64,000 nt of DNA, from assembly GCA_963787195.1 (NCBI GenBank), contig CAWBCI010000003.1:79364-143363 (forward strand). Direction: 5' to 3'. Of the stretch, positions 27,464-38,756 are shown in pieces. The notes beneath the pieces are model-generated. The model was not told the origin of the DNA, did not search any database, and saw only the letters and a list, made by a program, of their open reading frames with translations. The position numbers were made by a program, and so were the translations under genes. Source of the stretch: an uncultured Bacteroidales bacterium. Lineage in GTDB: Bacteria > Bacteroidota > Bacteroidia > Bacteroidales > JAGOPY01. Each line of letters starts with the position of its first letter. Positions within the stretch are counted from its first letter, which is position 1.

Positions 27464-29428
27464 ATGCAAAGAATGTTCAGCATATTGATCATTGGTATTT
27501 TTATAATTATGCCCGGAATTAATATTTATGGTCAGCTATCGGAACTTGACAGCCTGAAAAGCATTTTACATGCTTCAAAAAGGAGCAGCACTAAGATAGA
27601 TGCTGTAAAAGAAATCATCAGAATTTATGTTAAGGCCAAAGATTATGATAAGGCGGAAGTTTACGCAATGGAATATCAAAAACTGGCCGAAGAAGCCGGG
27701 ACGGATGAATTGATAGGGAAGGCCTGGTATAATCTTGGGATCGTGAAATGGCTGAAAGGCGAACAGGAAGAGTCAAACCTGTATCTTGAAAAATCTATTC
27801 CCTATCTTCTTGCCATCCCTGATTCAGTTCTGCTTGCCAAATGTTTTACCAAGATCGGGACAAATTACCTCCGCTTATCAGACTTTTTTAAAGCCATTGA
27901 ATTTTATCAGCTATCCTATAATATCAGGGCTGAACTGAAGGATTCGGCGAGTATGGCCAATAACCTCATCAATATCGCTGGTTGTTATTACCAGATGGCC
28001 TCTTATGATAGCGCGATCAGGTTTTATCACCAGGCATTGAATATTTCGGAAAACATAAATAACCTGAAGCTGATAGCTTATAATTTCAATAATATAGGGA
28101 ATATTTATATGAAGACCGAAGATTATCCGAATGCAATAGTATATCTCCAAAAAGCCCTGGAAGCCAATCAGCAATTGAAAAATGTAAGTGAGATTTCCAA
28201 GAATTTATTGAACCTGGCTAATGCTTATCAAGAGTCGGGGGATTCGGTACAGGCCGTGAATTATTTTCTCGAATCGGCCCGGATCAAAGAAAAATTGAGT
28301 GATACTGAGGGCTTGTCAGATACATATAACAGCCTGGGTTCTATTTATAAAAACCTGGGCCGTCCGGAAGATGCCCTGGCCTTTTATAATAAAGCCTATT
28401 CGCTTATTCAGCAGGGCAATGATAAATTCGCGGAGGCTTCTGTTTTATCAAATATAGGTTCCGTCTATCTCAGTAAAAAACAAAAAGAAGCGAAGCAATA
28501 TTTTATTAAGAGCCTGGATATTTCAAAAGAAATAAAAGCCCGTCAACTGGAATTAGGGGCTTATTCCAGCCTGGTTGAGTATTTCAGGTTATTTGGCGAT
28601 TATGAGCAGGCGATCATTTATTTTGAGATGAAGGAAATGCTCAATAATTCTATATATAATGAAAATACTGCCCATGCCATTGCGGATATGAAGACCAGGT
28701 ATGAGACTGAGCAGAAGGTGAAAGAGAATGAGATCCTGGCCAGGGACATAAGGATAGAGAAGAACAATAAGAAATTCCTGTTCCTGATCAGTGCCACTTT
28801 GCTCCTGTTGCTTACAGCCCTTGCATATTTATTCAGTTTAAAGTCAAAAACATTAAATCAGAAGACCCTGCTTTTTGATAGGGAAAAAGAACTGAACCAG
28901 GTAGAAATAGCCAGAAAGGAGCTGGAGAAAGAACATCTCGAAGACAAGATATTCGCGGAAAAACAACTGAACCGTCTGCAGAGACAAAAATACGAGGTGG
29001 AACTGAAGCATAAGAATCATGAGCTGGCTAATTCCGCCTTGTATATCGTAAATAAAAATGAGGTCCTTTCGAGCATCAAAGAAGAAATAATAAGTGCCTC
29101 GAAAGAAAATGCAGGCGAGAGTTTCATCCCGGAACTCATCCGGATGATCAATAACAATATCGACCTTGACCAGAACTGGCAAAAGTTCAGGATCAGCTTC
29201 GAGGAGGTCCATCCGGGCTTCTTCGATAAATTAAAACAAAAGCACCCTGACCTGAGCGAAGTATATGTAAAAATGGCGGCCTATATCCGGATCAATCTCA
29301 GCACTGCCGAAACCGCCCAGCTCCTGAATGTATCGATTGCAGCCGTAAAAAAGAGCCGCCAGCGACTTCGTAAAAAACTGGGCCTGCCACCCGAAGCTTC
29401 CTTGTTTGATGTCATATCTTCCATCTGA
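27464..29428 (+). CDS. TPR-repeat membrane-anchored regulator with C-terminal LuxR-type HTH
   Basis: Signal/TM N-terminus, about 8 TPR-like units, an internal TM (FLFLISATLLLLLTALAYLF), a coiled coil and a C-terminal HTH (TAETAQLLNVSIAAVKKSRQRLRKKLG). ATG at 27464; the track starts at a TTG at 27419. Confidence 0.7.
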   Translation: MQRMFSILIIGIFIIMPGINIYGQLSELDSLKSILHASKRSSTKIDAVKEIIRIYVKAKDYDKAEVYAMEYQKLAEEAGTDELIGKAWYNLGIVKWLKGEQEESNLYLEKSIPYLLAIPDSVLLAKCFTKIGTNYLRLSDFFKAIEFYQLSYNIRAELKDSASMANNLINIAGCYYQMASYDSAIRFYHQALNISENINNLKLIAYNFNNIGNIYMKTEDYPNAIVYLQKALEANQQLKNVSEISKNLLNLANAYQESGDSVQAVNYFLESARIKEKLSDTEGLSDTYNSLGSIYKNLGRPEDALAFYNKAYSLIQQGNDKFAEASVLSNIGSVYLSKKQKEAKQYFIKSLDISKEIKARQLELGAYSSLVEYFRLFGDYEQAIIYFEMKEMLNNSIYNENTAHAIADMKTRYETEQKVKENEILARDIRIEKNNKKFLFLISATLLLLLTALAYLFSLKSKTLNQKTLLFDREKELNQVEIARKELEKEHLEDKIFAEKQLNRLQRQKYEVELKHKNHELANSALYIVNKNEVLSSIKEEIISASKENAGESFIPELIRMINNNIDLDQNWQKFRISFEEVHPGFFDKLKQKHPDLSEVYVKMAAYIRINLSTAETAQLLNVSIAAVKKSRQRLRKKLGLPPEASLFDVISSI

Positions 29429-29442
29429 GAGGATATGAAGTT

Positions 29443-29552
29443 GTGAGACGTGAGACGTGAGACGTGAATCGTCAGGTTGGTCAGTGCAACAATCTCTCAA
29501 AAATCGAAAATCCAAATAATAAATATTCAATAGGCAATAGCCAATAAACAAT
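29443..29552. repeat. two adjacent heptamer arrays (GTGAGAC-type, then NNNCAAT-type)
   Basis: GTGAGAC x3 GTGAATC GTCAGGT TGGTCAG (29443-29484). Then TCAAAAA TCGAAAA TCCAAAT AATAAAT ATTCAAT AGGCAAT AGCCAAT AAACAAT (29497-29552). It starts 15 nt after stop 29426-29428. Confidence 0.8.
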
Positions 29553-29688
29553 CCTTCTCTCTGTCTCCCCATTTGTCTCCCCTAAATATTTGCATAGGTG
29601 AATATGTTCTGCTTTCTTTGTTCTTCTGCCAAAATTCAATATTTCAACTCATTATACAAATCAAGAATTGAAAACCGGGAGGATACAT

Positions 29689-29950
29689 ATGAGCATACAG
29701 ATCTTCGGGGATTTCAGGCAGACGGCCATGTTGTTTTCTGATTATGCACCAGGCTTATAAATCGGAGGTATATGGTATTGCAAGGTATACTTCTGAGGGC
29801 GCGGTATATATTGAAGCAGAGGGGGAGAAGGGGAATCTGGAGAGATTTAAAGACTGGTGTTTGAATATGGCCGCTAGATACGAAGAGGATAAAACCGAAA
29901 TAAGCTATGATAAATTAAATGGCTATTCCGAATTCAATATTATTGATTAA
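29689..29950 (+). pseudogene. acylphosphatase-like protein with a frameshift
   Basis: The frame from the ATG at 29689 (MSIQIFGDFRQTAMLF) joins ORF 29744-29950 (..YGIARYTSEGAVYIEAEGEKGNLERFKDWC) if one T of the TTTT run at 29734-29737 is removed. Confidence 0.4.
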
Positions 29951-29991
29951 TAGGATTATAAGATTTGTAACCGAAAACGAAAATAAAAAAT

Positions 29992-32905
29992 ATGAAAAAA
30001 CTAGTACTTTTTATCTGTCTCTCATTCATACTATCGATGCTTTCTACTGCCCAGGTAGCCATCAACACCGATGGCTCGCCACCTGATGGGTCAGCCATGC
30101 TGGATGTGAAGTCGCTCAATGGTGGATTGCTTATTCCAAGGGTATCTCTTTCAAAAGATAATGACAATACGACCATTCCTTCAGCGGCAACCGGATTACT
30201 TGTTTATGTCCCGGCCTCGTCAGGACTTACCCGAAGGGTTTTACTTCAATTCGGGCACACCGGAAACTCAGCTCTGGAAACAATTCTATACAGGAACTAT
30301 TGACGAGGATGCCTGGCGGACCTTTGGTAACAGCGGTACCGCAAGCGTTTCCAGTTTCTTGGGAACCACTGACAACAAACCCTTGAATTTCCGTACTAAT
30401 AACATACAGTATTTAAGGCTTACCGCCACCGGGCAATTGGAAGTACTCAACACCGGCCAGTCTGTCTTTATTGGTGAAGGGGCTGGAATAAATGATGATC
30501 TTACCAACAACGAAAACGTGTTTATTGGTTATGGTGCTGGTAATTTAAATACCAGCGGGAATAAAAACACCGCTATCGGAAAGTTGTCCTTAAATAAAAA
30601 CATCACGGGTAATAACAATGTGGCTGTCGGGTTTGCTGCACTTACCAAAAACCTAAACATATATAACACGGCAGTAGGCAGCTGGTCGCTTGCTGAAAAC
30701 ACTTCGGGATGGCAAAATACGGCCATAGGATACGATGCATTGAAACTTAATTCCACTGGCAGTTATAATACTGCTTCCGGTTCAATTGCGCTTGAAAAAA
30801 ACACAACAGGCAGTTTCAATACCGCTACAGGGCAGGCAGCCTTAAACAGCAACACCACCGGGTCGTACAATACTGCTTCGGGTTCTTATTCACTAAACAA
30901 AAACACCACCGGCTACGACAATACTGCTATGGGAGACAGTGCACTCTTTGACAATACAACCGGATATTTCAATACGGCCAACGGAAGTAAAGCGCTTGCT
31001 GCAAATACAACAGGATTCTGGAACACTGCCAATGGGTTGAAGGCTCTTTATTCAAATACTGAAGGTTATGGCAATTTAGCTAGCGGATGGGAAGCACTCT
31101 TCGCAAACAATACAGGCAATAATAACACCGCAAATGGTACCCTTGCACTCTATTCAAATACTAGTGGGTCGTATAATACGGCCAGTGGAAGGTCTGCCCT
31201 ATTCAGCAACACCATCGGTAATTCCAATACGACCAACGGTGCATTCTCAATGGTAAGCAATACAACCGGATCACATAACACTGCCTCTGGTTATGCCACG
31301 TTGTACAGCAATACAACCGGAAGCGAAAACGTGGCTTACGGCGACAGTTCCATGTTTTCCAATACAAATGGAACGGGCAATGTTGCATATGGCTCTGGGT
31401 CCTTGCGATACAACAGTGGGGGGAATAACAATTCTGCAATAGGCTTTCATTCGCTCAACAAAAACTTATCGGGTAACGGCAATACGGCGGTCGGCATGCA
31501 ATCACTCACTGCGAACACAACAGGAAGCAATAACATTGCAGTGGGCTTTAGGTCACTTTACAACAATACAACAGGTGCGGGCAATACAGTAAACGGCTAC
31601 TGGTCCATGTACGTTAATACAACAGGAAGCAGCAACACCTCCGCCGGGTATTACGCCTTGTTCAGCAATACAAGTGGAAACTCCAATGTAGCCATTGGGG
31701 CATCTGCACTTAAAAGCAACACCACAATATCAAACCTGGTGGCTGTTGGGGATTCTGCCTTGTTCAACAATGGCATCGGGGCATCAGGAACACAAGGAAA
31801 ATATAATACCGCTGTAGGTTCAAAGGCACTCTATGCCAATAATACTGGCAGGGAGAACTCCGCTTTTGGCTTTCAGGCACTTCAATTAAATACAACAGGT
31901 TACGAAAATACAGCAACAGGAACTTATTCGTTAACCGATAATACCACCGGGTCAGAAAATGTTGCAATGGGTTTCCAATCCTTATCTGGCAATACAACCG
32001 GCAGTAACAATACAGCAGTTGGGGTTTTTGCACTTTATGCACAAACAACAAGTAGTGAGAATACTGCAATCGGCGACAGAGCACTGGAATTCAATACAGG
32101 AAATCGGAATACAGCCGTGGGTGTAAATGCTATGCGATTTTCCACCGGGAGCTACAATATGGCAATAGGTTATTTGGCGCTTGAGCAAAATTCAGGAGGT
32201 TTGGCCAATACGGCAACTGGTTACATGTCTCTTCCTGTCAACACAACAGGATTTTACAACAGTGCACTTGGTTATCATTCTCTCGAGGCAAACGTCTACG
32301 GTGGTTCTAATACCGCTTGCGGAGCCTGGTCACTAATTGGCAATACTTCCGGAAATTATAATACAGCAATTGGATATAGTGCATTTAGTACGGGTACAGC
32401 CTATGAAAATTCAACAGGGCTTGGATATGATGCCGAGCCCCTGGCATCCAACAAAGTGGTCATTGGCAACAGCAGTGTCACATGGATAGGTGGGCAGGTA
32501 AGCTGGAGCACCGTATCCGACATCCGTGCCAAGCAAAATATTCTTGAAGATGTAAAAGGCCTGGATTTTATTTTGAAACTACGGCCAGTTACTTATCACT
32601 TCAACAAAGATGAGATGGACCGCTTAATCGGAATTACTGATTCAAGTGATTATCCCGAAAAATACGATATCGAAAAGATAAAGCAAAGCGGTTTCCTGGC
32701 CCAGGAAGTGGACAAGGCCGCCAGGGAATCTGGCTACGAATTTAGTGGGGTAAAACAACCTGCAAGGGATGGAAGCTATTACAGCCTGTCATATGCCGAG
32801 TTTGTGGTGCCGCTGGTGAAAGCCATGCAGGAGCAGCAAGCTATCATTGAAGTGATGAGGGCCGAGATCGAAGCCCTGAAAAAACAGGTGGAGAAACAAA
32901 AATAA
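29992..32905 (+). CDS. tail-fibre-like surface protein with a C-terminal Peptidase_S74 intramolecular-chaperone domain (needs a 1-nt correction)
   Basis: ORFs 29992-30303 and 30119-32905 join if one C of the CCC run at 30230-30232 is removed. Signal peptide plus an AQVAINTDGSPPDGSAMLDVKS..GLLIPRVS module. About 45 degenerate 14-aa NTA.G..AL..NTTG repeats. C-terminal SDIRAKQNI..LRPVTYHF..GFLAQEV..YSLSYAEFV. Confidence 0.7.
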
Positions 32906-32942
32906 TAAAGCAATTAAAAATTACTAACCAATTAGAATCAAG

Positions 32943-34913
32943 ATGAAAAAACTGACAATGTTATTTTGCGCGGTCTTATTCATTCCATTATTATCCAGCG
33001 CACAGGTAGCCATCAATACTGATGGAAGCCCACCCGACAATTCTGCCATGCTTGACATTAAATCTGCGAATAAGGGATTATTGATCCCCCGGATAAGCAC
33101 GTCCTACAGGACGGCACTTGCAGCTTATGCTGTCGCAGGATTAATCGTTTACGATACCAATCTGAATAAGTTTTTCTTCTTTAACGGAACTGCCTGGGAA
33201 GAAGGATCAACAGGTGGAATATGGACAAGAAGTGGAACAAATACCTATAATACATATTTGAGCGATAAAGTTGGCATAGGCACCAGCACACCAGGCAGAA
33301 CGCTTGAAGTGAAGGGAGGCTGGCAGACTGCCCGCTTAAGCTCAACAATGGCGGGGGCTTTTCTCGAATTCTCCGGTTCAGATGCCACAAACTGGTCAAT
33401 TGGAACCTGGAGCGGAGATATGCGCATGCTTTCAAGCGACGATAATTTCTCAACAACCAACGATCAGTACCTTTTCTCAACTTCAGGATTTTATCCCTAC
33501 AATACTAATGTAAGAACCCTGGGTCAAAGCAATAACAGATGGAGTAATTTATATAGTGTCGGTGGTAGTTTTTCAGGAAGTGTAGGGATCGGGCCAAGTA
33601 TCTCTGCGGCAGAACTGGAGGTATCCACTGCCTCAGGTGAGCCGGAGATCAGGATTACCAGGCCTTCATCTGCCTATGCAGCAACACTTTCTTACTATAC
33701 CGGGGCATCCAATGAATGGTATTTTGCTACCGGTTCGGGTAGTGATAACATGCTCATATCCAGAGGCACCGGAAATACAACAGGTAATCTTGGATTGTTG
33801 ACCAATGGCGGAAGTGTCGGTATAGGAACTATGAGCCCGGCCCGTACCTTCGAAGTTGTAGGCGCTTCATGGCAAGCGGCCAGGATTAGTACCAATACCA
33901 CAGGAGCCGTGCTTGAATTTTTATCCAGTAGTACTACTAACTGGGCCTTCGGTAGTTATGGCAATACAGCACGTTTACTCTCTACAAGCGATAATTTCAG
34001 CAGCATCGTTGATGAGTACTGGTTTTCCACCTCCGGCTTTTACCCTTTCTCTAATAATGGAAGGACACTCGGGCTGAGCTCTAAACGCTGGAGTTCACTA
34101 TATAGCGGTACCGGCGATTTCAGCAGTTCAGGTACAGGCATTGCCGGTGCCACCGTTCATTCGGTAAATACCGGGAGCGCTGGAATAGGAGGTTATTTTG
34201 AGACTACAGGTACAGATGCAACAATTGTCGCCCAGCAAAATGGTACAGGTTATTTTCTGAAAGCTTTTGGCCCGAATGGTGGCAATGAAGAACTATCAAT
34301 ATCTAACCTTGGGATAATCAATCTTTATAATTCAAATCACATAAAAACCATTAATATCGCTCCCTATGAAAGTTTAACGACTGCCGGGGGCCAGATAACA
34401 ATGTATAATTCCACAGGCCTGGCAACCATAGAAATTGACGGTGATTATTCAGGGGACGGCAGGATTACGACGAACGAACTACAGATAACCGGGGGCAGCG
34501 ATCTGTCTGAATTATTTGATCTGTCGGACTTCGAAAATATTCAAAAAGGTATGCTGCTTGTTATTGATGAAAATAATCCCGGTAGTCTGAAGATTTCACA
34601 AAGTGCCTACGACCGGAAAGTGGCGGGAATTGTGAGCGGGGCTAACGATATAGAACCCGGTCTGATCATGAGCCAGAGAGGGACGATAGCCGACGGTGAA
34701 CACCTGGTGGCCCTTTCGGGAAGGGTTTATTGTATGGTCGATGCCAATGAAAATCCTGTGAAAATAGGGGATATGCTGACCACTTCCGATGTCCCGGGCC
34801 ATGCGATGAAAGTCAAAGACTTCGACAGGGCCCGGGGATCAATTATTGGTAAAGCAATGACATCCCTGGATTCAGGCAGGGGCCTGGTACTTGTACTCGT
34901 CAGCCTTCAATAA
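32943..34913 (+). CDS. secreted protein sharing the INTDGSPPD N-terminal module; internal duplication
   Basis: AQVAINTDGSPPDNSAMLDIKSANKGLLIPRIS. Two copies of about 95 aa (GIGTSTPGRTLEVKGGWQTARLS.. / GIGTMSPARTFEVVGASWQAARIS..). The C-terminal domain is unassigned. Confidence 0.55.
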   Translation: MKKLTMLFCAVLFIPLLSSAQVAINTDGSPPDNSAMLDIKSANKGLLIPRISTSYRTALAAYAVAGLIVYDTNLNKFFFFNGTAWEEGSTGGIWTRSGTNTYNTYLSDKVGIGTSTPGRTLEVKGGWQTARLSSTMAGAFLEFSGSDATNWSIGTWSGDMRMLSSDDNFSTTNDQYLFSTSGFYPYNTNVRTLGQSNNRWSNLYSVGGSFSGSVGIGPSISAAELEVSTASGEPEIRITRPSSAYAATLSYYTGASNEWYFATGSGSDNMLISRGTGNTTGNLGLLTNGGSVGIGTMSPARTFEVVGASWQAARISTNTTGAVLEFLSSSTTNWAFGSYGNTARLLSTSDNFSSIVDEYWFSTSGFYPFSNNGRTLGLSSKRWSSLYSGTGDFSSSGTGIAGATVHSVNTGSAGIGGYFETTGTDATIVAQQNGTGYFLKAFGPNGGNEELSISNLGIINLYNSNHIKTINIAPYESLTTAGGQITMYNSTGLATIEIDGDYSGDGRITTNELQITGGSDLSELFDLSDFENIQKGMLLVIDENNPGSLKISQSAYDRKVAGIVSGANDIEPGLIMSQRGTIADGEHLVALSGRVYCMVDANENPVKIGDMLTTSDVPGHAMKVKDFDRARGSIIGKAMTSLDSGRGLVLVLVSLQ

Positions 34914-34924
34914 AATCTACCGAT

Positions 34925-37433
34925 ATGAAAAAATTCAGACTACCAGCAATAATATTATTGATACTTTCATTCACCGGACTGAGCATTTTCTTATTCTACG
35001 GAAATAGTAATGAAGGGGAAGAAGCTGAAAAATTGAATGAAGCCACCCAGGCAGCCGAATATTTAAAATACAGAATGGCTTCAAGGGCTGATGCGAATGG
35101 TTATGTACCAATGGATGGCTTAATCAGGGCCAAAGAACATATTGCCCGCATGCCTCAATCAAGGGATGCAGGCCTTTGGGAATGGGATTGGCTGGGCCCA
35201 TCCAATATTGGAGGCAGAATTCGAGCCATTCTTCCCGACCCAACTAATGCCAGCAAATTATGGATTGGCAGTGTAGCCGGAGGAATCTGGAAAAGCACAA
35301 ATTCAGGGGCTTCCTGGACACCGGTAAACGATTTTATGACCAATCTGGCGATTACATCCATGGTTTTCGATCCTTCTTCAACCAATATCATGTATGCGGC
35401 AACTGGTGAAGGGTTTGGAAATTTTGATGGATTACCCGGTGCAGGTATTTTTAAAAGTACAAATGGAGGTGTAACATGGAATCAGTTAGCAAGTACAAAT
35501 AACGATAATTTCAAATATGTACCTCGCTTAGCAGCTCATCCAAACCCGGATAGTGCCGGAGTTATATACGCAGTAACAGCATGGTCAAAAAAGTTGTACA
35601 AAACCACTGACGGAGGAACTTCATGGGTCGCAAAAAAAACAACTGCATGCACCGTGCTGGATGTTCGTGTAAACCCCTTAATGCCAAACAAGGTCATTAT
35701 AGGTTGTAGCAATGATGTTTATCTTTCAACTGACTATGGCGAAACCTGGACGCTGGAAACAACTGGCGTAGCTGGAAAATTACCCGACACTGCAGGAAGA
35801 TGCGAAGTTACATTTTGTCCTTCAAATTCCTCTAAAATTTATGTTTCAATGGACAGGAATGGAGGTGAAATTTGGCGCTCAATTGATAGCGGTATAAATT
35901 GGTCCCTTATTAATACTGGATCCAATTATCTTGGCCAAGGGTGGTATGCAAATTCGATTTGGGTTAATCCTGCGAACAGCAACCAATTAGTTGTAGGAGG
36001 GGTTGATTTATGGCGCAGTACCGATGGGGGAACCACCTTAACCAGAATCAGCAGGTGGCAGGATTATCATAACGGAGGCGCAGCCAATTCAGCTCATGCT
36101 GATCAACACATTATTGTTCAGGCTGCTGATTATAATACTACCTCAAATCCAAAGGTGTATTTTGGAAATGACGGGGGAATTCAAAAAACAGATAATATTT
36201 GGACGGTATCACAAAATTCTGGTTGGACAAATCTGGCAAATACTTCATTAGGTATTACCCAATTTTTTGGAGGATCCGCTTCCAACAACGGCAGTATTAT
36301 TATTGGAGGTACACAGGATAATGATAAATTAAGGTATAAATCGAGTGGTACATGGAGCGGTCCAAATAATTGGTTCCAGGCCAATACAGGAGACGGTGGT
36401 TTCGCCGCAGTAAATTATACCAATCCTTCAATCCTTTATGGCGAATATCCTCCACTCTGGATTTCAAAAAGCACCAATGCTGGAGTGAGTTATGCAGGTG
36501 CTACAAATGGTTTGTTAGATGCCGGAAATGGTTTGAGAGCATTATTCATTGCCCCTTTTAGTATGGATCCTAACAATCCTGCAAGACTTGTTGCAGGTGG
36601 CTCAAGGATATGGCGCACCACCAATGATGCCGGAATTTGGTCACAAATAAGAGCCGATGTAGGAAGTTTTATCAACTCAAAAGGTGAAACAGAATATTAT
36701 AAATGCAGCGCTATTGATATAGATTTTGGCGTTTCTGCAATAATATGGGTGGGATATGATAATGGTGAAGTTGCCATGACAAGCAATACCGGGGGCTTCT
36801 GGACAAGGGTTGATAATAACGATGGAGGGCTTCCCAACAGGTATGTGACGGATATAGCGATCAATCCCAACAATTCTAACCAGGTTTTCGTGACCTTTGG
36901 GGGATATAACAACAACAATGTGTGGTATACCCCCGATGCCGGTGTAAACTGGGAAAACAGGAGCGGAACAGTACCCAATAATCTACCCAGTCTCCAGGTA
37001 AATACCGTCAGGTTTCATCCAAGCCATTTCCAACTGGGTCTATATCGGAACCGACCTGGGTGTGTTTGCCAGCCAGGATGCGGGGATGAACTGGAGTGTC
37101 GTGACAAATTTTAATGGTAACGAAGGTCCGGTAAATACTGAAGTTTCGGAACTCTTCTGGCAGGGGAATGAATTCTTAATAGCTGCTACCCATGGAAGGG
37201 GTATGTTCCGCACGGCCGCGCCACCTGCAGTTATATATGTTAATTCCACTGCAGGCCCGGGAGGTAATGGAAGTCAGTTAAGTCCCTTTCAAACGGTTTA
37301 TGAGGCATCCCAGGTGGCAGGACCCGGTACAACCATCTCTATCGAAGCTGGTACTTATACGGAATCTCAGATTATAAATCTTTTTAGGGAGGGCTATATT
37401 GTCGTTACTAATGGTACGGTAGTTATTCAGTAA
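34925..37433 (+). CDS. BNR/Asp-box repeat (sialidase/Sortilin-Vps10-like propeller) secreted protein (needs a 1-nt correction)
   Basis: ORFs 34925-37114 and 37062-37433 join near 37030 (..HPSHF.NWVYIGTDLGVFASQDAGMNWSV). At least 8 S.D.G.TW motifs (STNGGVTWNQ, TTDGGTSWV, STDYGETWT, SIDSGINWS, STDGGTTLT, TPDAGVNWEN). Confidence 0.7.
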
Positions 37434-37569
37434 GAATGAAATAATATTTGAATTAATATAGTTTTCCGATGGTATTATTTTCATAAGATATGATATTGTT
37501 GTCGTAATTTATATCCGGAATTTCAGGTGAAAGCCGTCAATCAGCACCTGTAATTCCTCTGCTCTCACT

Positions 37570-37785
37570 GAGTTTACTCCTACAGCATCTGCGGTAAAAA
37601 AAAGGCAGATTAACCCCGGAGAACCCAGAAGAGGCGCAGAGGACGGGGAGGATACGAATCATTTTCCATTCTCTCTAGCTGAAAAATTAGATTTTTAAGA
37701 ATTCCGGGAGAAAGTTATCATTAAGCAGCTTTCATCCCTCTGAGTCCTCTGGGTCTACTCTGCTACCTCTGTGGTTAAAAAAGGT
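37570..37785 (+). repeat. dispersed repeat with a near-identical core of about 100 nt (copy 2), flanked by direct repeats of about 33 nt
   Basis: The core at 37615-37712 matches about 27210-27305. Flanks are TTTACTCCTACAGCATCTGCGGTAAAAAAAAGG and TCTACTCTGCTACCTCTGTGGTTAAAAAAGG; the latter also matches 27166-27197. Confidence 0.8.
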
Positions 37786-37792
37786 AAGCAAA

Positions 37793-38638
37793 TCACTTTT
37801 TATCAAGGCTAATCAAAGGAACCAGGTTCTGCCCGTAAGGAATCCAGAAAGTTGAGTTCGGACTTTCTGCCGCTTTTTCCATGACCGATGTAAACCTCCA
37901 CTGAAGGTAAGGGGAGGTGAGACTTTCAGCAATGATCTTCTGGGCATCAGCTATCCCTCTCGCTTCTATCCTCTTGCGTTCCGACTCCTGGGTCTCTTTC
38001 AGAAGCGTGAATTCCATCTGTTCCGAAGCTTGCTTTTCTTTGATTTTACGTTCGATGGCTGTTTTTACTTCATTGGGAAGCTGTAAGTCCCTTAATAGCA
38101 CCGACTCTCGTCCGTCCTTATTATCCAGTATAATATTCCTGGATAAAAATTGTTTTTCAAGCCTGGATGAAATATCAGACGCGATCGTCGTCCGGCTTTT
38201 GCTGTAAAGATCCTCACTCTTATAATTTGCAATTACATCACGGGTTGCACTTCTGAGATTGGGGAGCACGATCTTATCCACCCAATTTGTGCCATAGTCT
38301 TTATACATAACAGGAGCGCCATCAGGCAAGAGGCTGAAAAGCAATGAAATATCTACAGTAGCCGTAAGGCCTTCAGAGGTCGGGGTTTCCATATGTTCTT
38401 TAACCTCGATCACCCGCGTATCCATGGTGACTTTATTTGCCAGCGGATTTACTAACCTCGGACCCGGTAACAGGGGATGCATGCTCACACGTCCCATGAA
38501 ATCGACAACCTTGACGTTGCCCGCCGGAACAATTGTACAGGATCTTAAAGCGACTATTATAAAGAGAATACCGACAATTATCAATATTATCATACTTCTT
38601 GACATATCCGGAAAAGTCCGGTTTGATTGTGTTTCCAT
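37793..38638 (-). CDS. SPFH/band-7 (prohibitin/HflC-like) membrane protein
   Basis: N-terminal TM, then an SPFH pattern (VPAGNVKVVDFMGRV.., coiled-coil KEKQASEQMEF..ERKRIEARGIADAQKI). Confidence 0.75.
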   Translation of the reverse strand: METQSNRTFPDMSRSMIILIIVGILFIIVALRSCTIVPAGNVKVVDFMGRVSMHPLLPGPRLVNPLANKVTMDTRVIEVKEHMETPTSEGLTATVDISLLFSLLPDGAPVMYKDYGTNWVDKIVLPNLRSATRDVIANYKSEDLYSKSRTTIASDISSRLEKQFLSRNIILDNKDGRESVLLRDLQLPNEVKTAIERKIKEKQASEQMEFTLLKETQESERKRIEARGIADAQKIIAESLTSPYLQWRFTSVMEKAAESPNSTFWIPYGQNLVPLISLDKK

Positions 38639-38756
38639 AATTAAAGTTTTTGGTTATTGATTCTGCAAAGCAGTATTAGTCAAAGGTCGCCTTTTTTAAG
38701 GGATAAAAAGGTATAAAATTTAGCAATGGAGCATTAGCGCGATATATTTTCCTTCT

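Noticed and set aside
29992-37433. Tail-fibre/S74-domain genes considered as evidence of a prophage or tailocin.
   Set aside because: There are no capsid, portal, terminase, sheath/tube, baseplate, lysis or integrase genes in 64 kb. The proteins carry Sec signal peptides, and the flanking genes are chromosomal.
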